A DNA stretch of 64,000 nt from an uncultured candidate division Zixibacteria bacterium (GTDB taxonomy: Bacteria; Zixibacteria; MSB-5A5; UBA10806; 4484-95). The stretch covers positions 160,001 to 224,000 of the forward strand of contig CAXXKA010000001.1 in NCBI GenBank assembly GCA_963668625.2, given 5' to 3'. Below are positions 10,593 through 18,683 of the stretch, in pieces; positions within the stretch are counted from its first letter, which is position 1, and every line of letters starts with the position of its first letter. Position numbers and translations under genes: made by a program. A model generated the notes under the pieces. That model was not told the origin of the DNA and did not search any database. It was given only the letters and a program-made list of their open reading frames with translations.

Positions 10593-12170
10593 ATGAAGAG
10601 GTATAGAGTTTATTTTTTGATGGTACTGGTATTAACAATTATCACCTCGAGTGCTTACCCTATAAATACCAGACAACTGGATAACGGTGTGAAATATATC
10701 GCCAACCGTGTTATCGTGATGACTGATCCTGCATATTCTCATGATGTCGTTGCGGGCAATTTGCTAGCTATGGTTCAAGCGGATGATGATATCGTTAGTG
10801 TCGAGCCTTTTTACGATGGGATACTGAGGAAACAATCGATCAAGCAACTGGCCGACAGGTTATTTATTATCACAACCCGCGAGGATTCCGATTTATTCGC
10901 AGTTATCTCTCGCCTGGAAAACCGGGCTTGTATCCAATCGGCGGAGTTCCAGCCTATTCCCGATCTTTTATACACACCCGATGATCCTTATCTCTATCAA
11001 CAATGGCATTTAGAAAAAGTAGGAGCTTATATCGCCTGGGATTACGTTCGAGGCGAGCAAACCGAAAATGTCGTAATAGCTGTTAACGATGCCGGGATTA
11101 ATTACTACCATCCCGATATAGCGGCCAATATCTGGTACAACGAGAATGAGGATATAAACGGCATTGATGATGATGCTAACGGTTATATTGATGATTACAT
11201 GGGCTGGGATTTCGGCGAGGAAGACAACGACCCGATCGATCATCTCGGCCATGGTACGGGTGTAGCCGCCGCGATTGCCGAGGTTACCGATAACGCCACG
11301 ATGGGTGCCGGATTAGGTTATTCGACCCGACTGATGAATTTGAAGACCATTACCGATAACGGATACCTGGTTGAGGGTTATACCAGCATGTTTTACGCGG
11401 TTGAACAAAATGTGAGTATAATTAACATGTCCTGGGGTATGCCGGTTTATCGTGAATTCGAGCAAGCTATTGTCGATGCTCTCTGGGATGAGGGCGTTTT
11501 GATGATAGCCGCCGGCGGTGAGCGGGATGATCTAACTTATCCGGCTGCTTACAATCATGTTATGGCGGTCTCGGCAACCGATCAGGATGATCATATCGGA
11601 TATTTCGCGCCTTATGGCGAATATATCGATATTTGCGCTCCGGGCGTAGCTATCGGCTTGGCTTATTTCGAGGGTTTTTCTGTTATCACCGGTACCTCAT
11701 TTTCGGCGGGGATGGTTTCCGGGTTGGCCGGCCTGATCAAAGCTTACTATCCCGATTTTACCAACGAGCAGATCTGGCAGATGATTATCGATTCTGCCGA
11801 TCCCATCGATGATATCAATCCGGGTTATGAGGGGCTTATAGGCGCGGGACGGTTAAACGCGGCAAATTGCTTTACCACCGGCATTGAGGAAAACACGCGG
11901 CTACCTGAAAGTATAGCGTTGATTGAAAGCTACCCCAACCCGTTCAACGCCCAAACGCGCATGCGATTTCAGTTGATGAACACTGCCGATGTCGAGTTGA
12001 TTATATACGATATTCTTGGCCGCAAGGTGGAAATCCTGGAGCTAGGCGAGAGGCAAGCCGGCATGCATTCGGTAATCTGGGATGCCAAAGATAAATCATC
12101 AGGAGTGTATTTTGCCAGGTTATACTCCGGTGGGGAATCGGATATAGTGAAAATGGTATTATTGAAATAG
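10593..12170 (+). CDS. S8 subtilisin-like serine peptidase with T9SS-like CTD
   Basis: Signal peptide; triad IAVNDAG / HGTGVA / GTSFSA; YPNPFN...SSGVYF...KMVLLK; GGAGG RBS. Confidence 0.92.
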   Translation: MKRYRVYFLMVLVLTIITSSAYPINTRQLDNGVKYIANRVIVMTDPAYSHDVVAGNLLAMVQADDDIVSVEPFYDGILRKQSIKQLADRLFIITTREDSDLFAVISRLENRACIQSAEFQPIPDLLYTPDDPYLYQQWHLEKVGAYIAWDYVRGEQTENVVIAVNDAGINYYHPDIAANIWYNENEDINGIDDDANGYIDDYMGWDFGEEDNDPIDHLGHGTGVAAAIAEVTDNATMGAGLGYSTRLMNLKTITDNGYLVEGYTSMFYAVEQNVSIINMSWGMPVYREFEQAIVDALWDEGVLMIAAGGERDDLTYPAAYNHVMAVSATDQDDHIGYFAPYGEYIDICAPGVAIGLAYFEGFSVITGTSFSAGMVSGLAGLIKAYYPDFTNEQIWQMIIDSADPIDDINPGYEGLIGAGRLNAANCFTTGIEENTRLPESIALIESYPNPFNAQTRMRFQLMNTADVELIIYDILGRKVEILELGERQAGMHSVIWDAKDKSSGVYFARLYSGGESDIVKMVLLK

Positions 12171-12196
12171 CATATCTATAGACAAGACTAATAAAA

Positions 12197-12233
12197 GAGG
12201 GTTGCCTGGATATTACTGGCGGCCCTCCTTTTT
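12197..12233 (+). terminator. Rho-independent terminator after the S8 peptidase
   Basis: GAGGGTTGCC / GGCGGCCCTC stem followed by a T-run. Confidence 0.7.
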
Positions 12234-12647
12234 GCCTTTTCTGGATACTACAATAGTTGTTTTCAACCATTCTCATGGATTTATTACACGATAATACATT
12301 TAAATATCTAATAATAGCTACTGTTTTGCACAGTAATTATTAGCTCCGCAAAATAACAGACCAGGACTAATATGATTTACATAAATGTTTATTAATCAGT
12401 GCATATTCTTTTTCGGGTTGACTGGAACAAATAGCTCCTCTATACTGTTTAATTATTAAGGAATCCGTTGTACAACAGTGAAATATGCGGTAGTTCTTTG
12501 GCATATAAAAGGCGGGGGCATTGGTCTATTCAAGGAATATCAGGGGCCTGTGATTGTATATATTATTGGAGGGAAAGGCTGGCTGACCGATATAAATAGA
12601 TAGACTGGAGGCAGTATTGATCCAATGTCACAATTTTATCGTAAAAT

Positions 12648-12754
12648 AGCCCGGAATGTGAAAGGTTTTGCAGAGGTTGTAAAAGCCTAACACACGCTCA
12701 AAACCTCCTTCAAGGAAATCAGGTGTTTCGCATTCCCGGGCTTTTTTATTTTTT
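12648..12754 (+). ncRNA. Candidate structured small RNA (unassigned)
   Basis: AGCCCGGAATGTGAAA pairs with TTTCGCATTCCCGGGCT, enclosing AGGTTTTG/CAAAACCT; ends in a T-tract. Confidence 0.45.
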
Positions 12755-12844
12755 CTCAATTAATCTGTTGTAAAATAACACGTTACCCAAAAGGCGAATG
12801 TCTCGCCAGAAAATATCAAAAATATCACTTTCATTTATATATAT

Positions 12845-12860
12845 GGGCATGGCTTTTGCG
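12845..12860 (+). promoter_or_regulatory. Putative sigma-54 (-24/-12) promoter
   Basis: GGGCATGGCTTTTGC: GG-N10-GC with TTGC, about 40 bp before the ORF at 12902. Confidence 0.5.
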
Positions 12861-12901
12861 CTTTCTTAAGGGAAATCGTTCACGAGAGAAGGAGGCGGAG
12901 T

Positions 12902-13276
12902 ATGAAATGCTTTTTCCAGGGAGTTGTTAGAGACAACAATATCGAAACCCAGTTCAACAGCTTTGTAAGTTTCATCATACCCGAGCTTGGAATCAATTTC
13001 CGAGGCCAGTTTAAAGGCGACTATGAGGAATGCGAGTACGCCAGCCTTCTGGCCCTCCTGGAGTTCATTGAATTAAACAATCATCTCTTCAAAGATAAAC
13101 GAATCGAGATACTTGGCAATAACTACAGCGTAATCAGCCAGGTCAACTCGGTCGAGGAGCCCTCCACGGATTTGGAGCCGTTATGCAGTCTGGCGCAAAG
13201 CTATAAGAAGAAATTCCCGTTTATCCTGGACTGGATTCCTACCGAAGAAAATATGGCTCAGGATCGCTGGGTGTAG
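12902..13276 (+). CDS. Degenerate RNase HI-like protein
   Basis: CEYASLLALLE, IEILGNNYSVISQVN and WIPTEENMAQD resemble RNase HI motifs AEYxAL, GDSxLVxxQV and WIPRExNxxAD; AAGGAGG RBS. Confidence 0.65.
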   Translation: MKCFFQGVVRDNNIETQFNSFVSFIIPELGINFRGQFKGDYEECEYASLLALLEFIELNNHLFKDKRIEILGNNYSVISQVNSVEEPSTDLEPLCSLAQSYKKKFPFILDWIPTEENMAQDRWV

Positions 13277-13304
13277 CGTTTAAAATGAAAACCGGAAGCT
13301 TGTT

Positions 13305-13333
13305 TAAGGGTCATTCAATGGCCCTTATTTTTT
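13305..13333 (+). terminator. Rho-independent terminator
   Basis: TAAGGGTCAT/ATGGCCCTTA stem plus T-run. Confidence 0.75.
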
Positions 13334-13344
13334 GTTTATACTGT

Positions 13345-13372
13345 TTGACTAAACTCAAATACATGTTATATT
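13345..13372 (+). promoter_or_regulatory. Sigma-70 promoter (probably the original carboxypeptidase promoter, now upstream of the IS)
   Basis: TTGACT-N16-TATATT with extended -10 TG. Confidence 0.6.
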
Positions 13373-13448
13373 TAAGTAGGGTAGAGAACTTAAGCTTCAT
13401 AGAAATGGTTTATTTAATTGGAAACAAAGGAGATGGTACGATAAAAGC

Positions 13449-13668
13449 ATCTTGCTAATCTATTCTGTTGGTGTTAGAGCTTCGGTAATGAATTTCTAAC
13501 TGGAGCGGATAGGTTATAGGCTGAACTGAATGCTTGAGGCCAGACCTCGTAAAGGAGATTAATCAGACCTGTAACCGAATTGCCACCATAAGGCAAAGAC
13601 CTTGAATAGGAGTTTGGTAGGCGCCGACAGAGAGTCTGCTCCAGTGATAACCATAGAATGGAGCAAGA
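13449..13668 (+). ncRNA. Candidate IS110 bridge RNA (target- and donor-binding loops)
   Basis: Stems 13499-13510/13634-13645 and 13512-13520/13568-13576; loop segments AAAGGAGAT (13551-13559, equals target), ATAGGAG (13606-13612) and ACCAT (13585-13589) matching the donor junction. Confidence 0.72.
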
Positions 13669-13670
13669 AG

Positions 13671-14684
13671 ATGAGGTACTTAGGAGTAGACCTTCACACA
13701 AACAGTTTGACCGTGTGTTACCTGACAGCCGGTGGTCGGGAGAGGATCAAGGAGTATCGGCTAAAGGATCTAAAGGAATTTAAACGAGGATTAAAAAAGA
13801 CGGATTGTGTAGCGGTTGAGGCCACTGGCAACACTCGTTATTTCGTTGATGAGATATCGCATTTGGTCAAGCGAGTTGTTGTCGTCGATCCGAACAAATT
13901 TGAGATAATCAAATCATCAGTCAGTAAGACGGATGAAAACGATGCCAGGAACTTAGCCTATTTTATGAGCAAAGACATGTTGCCGAAAGCCCGATTAAAG
14001 ACGAAAGATAAAGCGCAGATCAGTTCACTTGTTGGGACACGGGACAAGCTGGTCAAGTTACGTACAGCTTTGAAGAATAAAATACACAACATACTCAATC
14101 ATCATGGTATCAAGAGTAAAAAGGAGGCCTACTCCAGCAACAAGAGTTTGGAGCGGGTTCTAAAGATGAATTTTGATGAGGTTGTTTCTGTTGAGCTTGA
14201 GGTATTGGTTGATCAGATTCGCAGTTTGAATGAGGGGATAAAAAAGCTGGACAAACAGATAGAGGATCAGGGTCGCAAGTTGAACGGGCATAAGAACCTG
14301 ACCAGCATCAAAGGAATCGGCAGCAAATCAGCTACAGTGTTGCTTTCGGTAATTGGTGATGTTGCTGATTTTTCGGACAAAGATAAATTGGCCTCATATT
14401 TTGGCGTAGTGCCGCGAGTTTCCAATTCAAACGAGATTCAGCATCATGGTCGGATTACCAAGCGTGGTTCTAAGATTGGTCGGACTACACTGGTGCAGTG
14501 TACGCTTGTTGCCATACGATATAACCATTACTTGAGTAAATATTACAATCGTATAAAAAACCGTCGTGGCAGCGGTAAGGCTATCATTGCCACAGCCAGA
14601 AAATTACTGGGAATAATCTATGACACCTTGAAAAATAATTGGGTGTTTGAAGATTTCCCTAACTTTGTGTTAGCAAACAGATAA
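13671..14684 (+). CDS. IS110-family transposase/recombinase (DEDD + Transposase_20)
   Basis: MRYLGVDLH, VAVEATG, KTDENDA DEDD motifs; SIKGIG HhH; PRVSNS...GRITKRG; KAIIATARKL; GGAG RBS at 13660-13663. Confidence 0.95.
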   Translation: MRYLGVDLHTNSLTVCYLTAGGRERIKEYRLKDLKEFKRGLKKTDCVAVEATGNTRYFVDEISHLVKRVVVVDPNKFEIIKSSVSKTDENDARNLAYFMSKDMLPKARLKTKDKAQISSLVGTRDKLVKLRTALKNKIHNILNHHGIKSKKEAYSSNKSLERVLKMNFDEVVSVELEVLVDQIRSLNEGIKKLDKQIEDQGRKLNGHKNLTSIKGIGSKSATVLLSVIGDVADFSDKDKLASYFGVVPRVSNSNEIQHHGRITKRGSKIGRTTLVQCTLVAIRYNHYLSKYYNRIKNRRGSGKAIIATARKLLGIIYDTLKNNWVFEDFPNFVLANR

Positions 14685-14721
14685 CTGAAATTTGGAGTAG
14701 ACTTTTATCATAGGAGATGAA

Positions 14722-16980
14722 ATGAAAAAATATCTATTGTTCGCGGTTGCTTTTAGCCTGATGCTTTCAGCATCCGCCATACATGCAAACGAGAATCCCT
14801 CATTGTTGCATGTTTACTTAATGAATAAAACCGATGTTATGAAGCTGGCCGATATGCCTCTGGATATTCCTTATTATACAGAGGATTATGTCGAGGTAGT
14901 TGCTTATAGTGATGATATCGCGGAAATAGCCGCGGCCGGATTGCATTATGATATAGTGCAGGAAGATATGGTTAGTTTCTATCAACAACGCAACCCGGTG
15001 ATTACCACGATGGGCGGATACCTGACCTATAGCGAAGTAGTGGACTCTCTTGATATGCTTCATATGCTTTATCCTGAACTGGTCTCCGAGAAATTTTCGA
15101 TCGGCCAGAGCTGGGAGGAGCGCGATCTGTGGGTGATCAAGGTTTCGGATAATGTCGATACCGATGAGGATGAGCCTGAGATTTTCTACAATGCATTAAT
15201 TCACGCTCGCGAACCTGCAAGTATGGCCTGGCAACTGAATTTCCTTTCCTGGCTTCTGGAAAATTATGGCATAGATGATGATGCTACCGAAATTCTGGAT
15301 GGACGTGAAATCTGGTTCCTGCCCGTTTTTAATCCGGATGGCTACGAATATAACCGTCAGACCAACCCTAACGGCGGCGGCATGTGGCGTAAAAACAGAC
15401 GTTCCGGTGGCGGAGTTGACTTGAACCGTAACTGGGGCTACATGTGGGGCTATGATGATGACGGCTCTTCGCCTTATTCCAGTGATGAAACCTATCGAGG
15501 CCCGGCGGCGTTTTCGGAACCCGAGACTCAAGCTGTCAGAGATTTCATTACCGGCCGCGATTTCAGTTTCATTATAAACGCGCATACTTATGGCAACTGG
15601 TGGTTGTATCCTTACGGCTATGATGATATTTATACTCCCGATCAGTCGATTTTCAGCGCTATCGGCGACTCCGTCGAAACGTTGACCGGTGGCGATTACA
15701 GACCCGGTACCGCCTGGGAATGTTTATACAATACCAATGGTGATGCCAACGACTGGCAGTACGGCGAACTCGGCCTGTTTTGTGCCACCCCCGAAACCGG
15801 CAATTCCTCGGATGGATTTTGGCCGGCGTCGTATCGTATAAATCCACTTAACGCCCAGATGTTACCCGTAGCTATCTATATCGCTCAGATTGCCGGAAAT
15901 GTCGAGACAATCTCGGCGCCGACCGCGCCCGTCTTGAACCCCATCGGCCAGCTCGATACATCATCGTATACCGTAAGTTGGACGCATGAGGATGAGGATA
16001 ATCCGGCTGTGGCTTATGAACTGGTCGAGAAATCGGGATATCTCAGAACCGAAGACGATATCGAATCGGGTGATGGTTTGTGGGAGTTCGATGGTTACGG
16101 AATCAGTACCAGCCGTTATCACTCCTCTAACCATAGTATATTTTCCGGGAATGAGAACTCATACCACGGCAGCGCTATTTTGGCTGATGAGCTGAACGTT
16201 TTAGATGATGACACTCTGTCGTTCTGGGTTTGGTTCGATGTCGAGGAAGATTTCGACTATGGCTATGTTGAAATTTCCACCGATGGCGGGGCTATTTTCA
16301 CACCGATCGAGGGAAATATAACCACTAATTACGATCCTAACGGCTCCAACCGGGGTAATGGTATAACCGGCTCCTCCGCAGGTTGGATCGAGGCCTCGTT
16401 CCCGCTGGATGCTTACGCCGGTATGTCCGTCCAGATCAAATTCAGCTATGTTACCGATAGCTGGATGCTGGAGAGTGGTATATATATAGATGATGTTTAC
16501 CCGATTGAGACTTTCGAAAGCGAGATGGTTCTGGCCTCGGATATTGCAGATAACTTCTACGATATAACAGATCGGGAAAATGGTACTTATTTCTATCAGG
16601 TCCGGGCGAAAGATGCCGAGGATCAATGGTCGGGATTCTCCAATCGCGAGGCCGCTATTGTTGACGCTAACGTATCAATAGATGATAACAATCAGATTCC
16701 GGCCGAATTTAACCTGGCGCAGAATTACCCAAATCCGTTTAATGCCAGCACCGAAATTAGTTTTGCTTTATCGAGCGCCGGTTACATTACTCTCGAGGTT
16801 TACGATATCGCCGGCAGATTGGTAAGAACTCTCCTGAGCAGCGATATGACGGCAGGCGATCATACCGTAATATGGAACGGCTCGAATGATAACGCCGAAT
16901 CGGTTTCTTCCGGCATATATTTCTATAAGCTCACGACCGATCAAAAATCGGAAACCAGGCGGATGACCTTACTCAAGTAA
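14722..16980 (+). CDS. M14 zinc carboxypeptidase (carboxypeptidase T-like) with InhA-like/Fn3 modules and T9SS-like CTD
   Basis: Signal peptide, IHARE, NPDGY, WRKNR, GVDLNRN, FSEPET, NAHTY; QNYPNPFN...SSGIYF...RMTLLK. Confidence 0.93.
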   Translation: MKKYLLFAVAFSLMLSASAIHANENPSLLHVYLMNKTDVMKLADMPLDIPYYTEDYVEVVAYSDDIAEIAAAGLHYDIVQEDMVSFYQQRNPVITTMGGYLTYSEVVDSLDMLHMLYPELVSEKFSIGQSWEERDLWVIKVSDNVDTDEDEPEIFYNALIHAREPASMAWQLNFLSWLLENYGIDDDATEILDGREIWFLPVFNPDGYEYNRQTNPNGGGMWRKNRRSGGGVDLNRNWGYMWGYDDDGSSPYSSDETYRGPAAFSEPETQAVRDFITGRDFSFIINAHTYGNWWLYPYGYDDIYTPDQSIFSAIGDSVETLTGGDYRPGTAWECLYNTNGDANDWQYGELGLFCATPETGNSSDGFWPASYRINPLNAQMLPVAIYIAQIAGNVETISAPTAPVLNPIGQLDTSSYTVSWTHEDEDNPAVAYELVEKSGYLRTEDDIESGDGLWEFDGYGISTSRYHSSNHSIFSGNENSYHGSAILADELNVLDDDTLSFWVWFDVEEDFDYGYVEISTDGGAIFTPIEGNITTNYDPNGSNRGNGITGSSAGWIEASFPLDAYAGMSVQIKFSYVTDSWMLESGIYIDDVYPIETFESEMVLASDIADNFYDITDRENGTYFYQVRAKDAEDQWSGFSNREAAIVDANVSIDDNNQIPAEFNLAQNYPNPFNASTEISFALSSAGYITLEVYDIAGRLVRTLLSSDMTAGDHTVIWNGSNDNAESVSSGIYFYKLTTDQKSETRRMTLLK

Positions 16981-17000
16981 ACGGATAAATTAAGAATAAT

Positions 17001-17030
17001 AACGGAGCCTCTAACCCGGGCTCCGTTTTA
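17001..17030 (+). terminator. Rho-independent terminator
   Basis: AACGGAGCC/GGCTCCGTT stem plus T-run. Confidence 0.75.
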
Positions 17031-17074
17031 TATTTGTATTGTCATAGAACTCGAATTGTATTAGTAATAGGATT

Positions 17075-18079
17075 ATGGGAATTTTATCAAAATTAAAAAG
17101 GTATTACTTCTTCCATGGCGAGGATGAGTATCTCAAGTGGAAGAGAATAAAGAACCTGGTTAATTCGGTGATAGACAGTGGTTTCAAAGATTTCGATTAC
17201 ACTTTCTACGAGGGCCGTGGCCTGGATGGCGCAACCCTGATAAACACTGTTTCCTCGCCGCCATTCGGCTCTCCGCTACGGGTGACGGTTGTCAGGAATT
17301 TCAACAAAATGTCGCCTAAAAACCAGGAACTGGTCATAAAGTTCATCGATAAAGTGCCGGAACACTCGACAATGGTGATAACCGCCGGCAAACTTGATGG
17401 CAAAGACAAGCGCAAGAAGGTTTACAAGGCGCTACTGGCAAATAAAAGCAATCACAAAGAATTCAAGCAGTTAAGCCCGGCCGAGGCGGTAATTGCCATG
17501 ATTGAATATGCCAAAGAACTCGAAATTACCGTTTCGGAAAAGGCACTTGACTATCTGGTTGAAACAGTTGGCTGTAATATCGGTATATTAGAACAGGAAC
17601 TACAAAAACTGGCAATTTATGCCGGTGATGTAAAAACGGTTAGCCGGGAGGATATTGCCAACCTGATCGGGGCTGGTACTCTGGGTACAGTGGCCGATTT
17701 GCCGATACGAATAGCTGAAAAGGATATCTCCGGAGCTTTGAGGCTTCTGCATAAGTTATTATTAACGAAGGAATCGGAGGGGACGATGTTATTTCGGATC
17801 AAAGATTTCTTCCTGAAGCTGAATACGGCCAAGATGTATAATGCCACGTCATTTGTTCTTATGAAAAATTTACATTTTTCAAAAACAGTGGCCGATACTA
17901 TAAGTCGTCTCGCGCCTTTAATATCGAGCGATACTTTAAACGATTGCTTGCATGATATTTACGAGGCTGAGATAAGTCTCAAATCGGCCGGGATGCGCAA
18001 GGATATTCTTCTGATTAATCTGGTATCGAGTCTGGGGTCTAAGATTGCGGGGAATAAACAGCCGAGTAATTTGTATTAA
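17075..18079 (+). CDS. holA: DNA polymerase III delta subunit
   Basis: YFFHGEDEY, SPPFGSPLRVTVV, LEQELQKLAIY, C-terminal EISLKS. Confidence 0.85.
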   Translation: MGILSKLKRYYFFHGEDEYLKWKRIKNLVNSVIDSGFKDFDYTFYEGRGLDGATLINTVSSPPFGSPLRVTVVRNFNKMSPKNQELVIKFIDKVPEHSTMVITAGKLDGKDKRKKVYKALLANKSNHKEFKQLSPAEAVIAMIEYAKELEITVSEKALDYLVETVGCNIGILEQELQKLAIYAGDVKTVSREDIANLIGAGTLGTVADLPIRIAEKDISGALRLLHKLLLTKESEGTMLFRIKDFFLKLNTAKMYNATSFVLMKNLHFSKTVADTISRLAPLISSDTLNDCLHDIYEAEISLKSAGMRKDILLINLVSSLGSKIAGNKQPSNLY

Positions 18080-18089
18080 AGTTAGAGCG

Positions 18090-18683
18090 ATGGGTAACAA
18101 TACGATAAAAGATGAGGACCAGATCGTAATCGAACGTGTACTCGATGGCGAAGTAAAAGCGTTTGAGGTGCTGGTGAAAAAGTATCAAAGAAAGATATAC
18201 TTTTTGGCTTTACGTATGACTAAAAACCACGATGTTGCAGATGAATTGGCACAGGAAAGTTTCGTGAGAGCTTACATGTCTCTTTCCACTTTCCAGAAAG
18301 GCCGGAGTTTTTACACCTGGATATATCGCATAGCGGTTAACCAGATTTTAAACTACCTCAAGCACAAAAGTTTCACGGTCTCGCTGGATACGCCCTCGGG
18401 AAGGACTTTCTTGGAATCCGTACCCAAATCGCCGGATCAGTTGAACAGGTTGGTTAACCAGGAGCAGATGATAGTTTTTCAGGAAGCGCTGGACAAATTG
18501 CCCTCGCCACAAAAGACTATTTTTATGTTAAAAACTTATGATAATTTTTCATACGAGGAAATTTCAAGGATCATGGGCTGTTCGATCGGCACGGTGATGT
18601 CGCGGTTGTTCCGCGCCCGCACGAAGCTGAAGAATGCCCTGTTGGAGAGCGATAAGAGTAAAAATGGGAAATTGCAAAAATAA
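18090..18683 (+). CDS. ECF RNA polymerase sigma factor
   Basis: AFEVLVKKYQ, ELAQESFVRAY, FYTWIYRIAVN, SYEEIS...GTVMSRLFRAR; ATG 18090 preferred over TTG 18045. Confidence 0.92.
   Translation: MGNNTIKDEDQIVIERVLDGEVKAFEVLVKKYQRKIYFLALRMTKNHDVADELAQESFVRAYMSLSTFQKGRSFYTWIYRIAVNQILNYLKHKSFTVSLDTPSGRTFLESVPKSPDQLNRLVNQEQMIVFQEALDKLPSPQKTIFMLKTYDNFSYEEISRIMGCSIGTVMSRLFRARTKLKNALLESDKSKNGKLQK

Larger units (their letters stand above)
13436..14719 (+). mobile_element. Complete IS110-family insertion sequence
   Basis: Transposase CDS; AGGAGATG at both junctions (13428-13435, 14712-14719); sub-terminal IRs TACGATAAAAG (13437-13447) / CTTTTATCATA (14702-14712); long left and short right non-coding ends. 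The exact crossover within the 8-bp shared sequence is unresolved. Confidence 0.88.

Noticed and set aside
12498-12514. Sigma54 promoter TTGGCATATAAAAGGC
   Set aside because: GG-N10-GC spacing is present but the -12 lacks TTGC/TGC, so it is too weak to call
12648-13276. Retron or other RT-based system (structured RNA plus RNase H-like gene)
   Set aside because: No reverse transcriptase gene in the window
13428-13435. AGGAGATG as a classical 8-bp target-site duplication
   Set aside because: IS110 elements do not make staggered-cut TSDs; shared target/donor core homology explains it better
13602-13670. ORF-track TTG start extending the transposase by 23 aa
   Set aside because: IS110 proteins begin just before the GxD motif; ATG 13671 has a GGAG RBS and the extension overlaps the structured RNA
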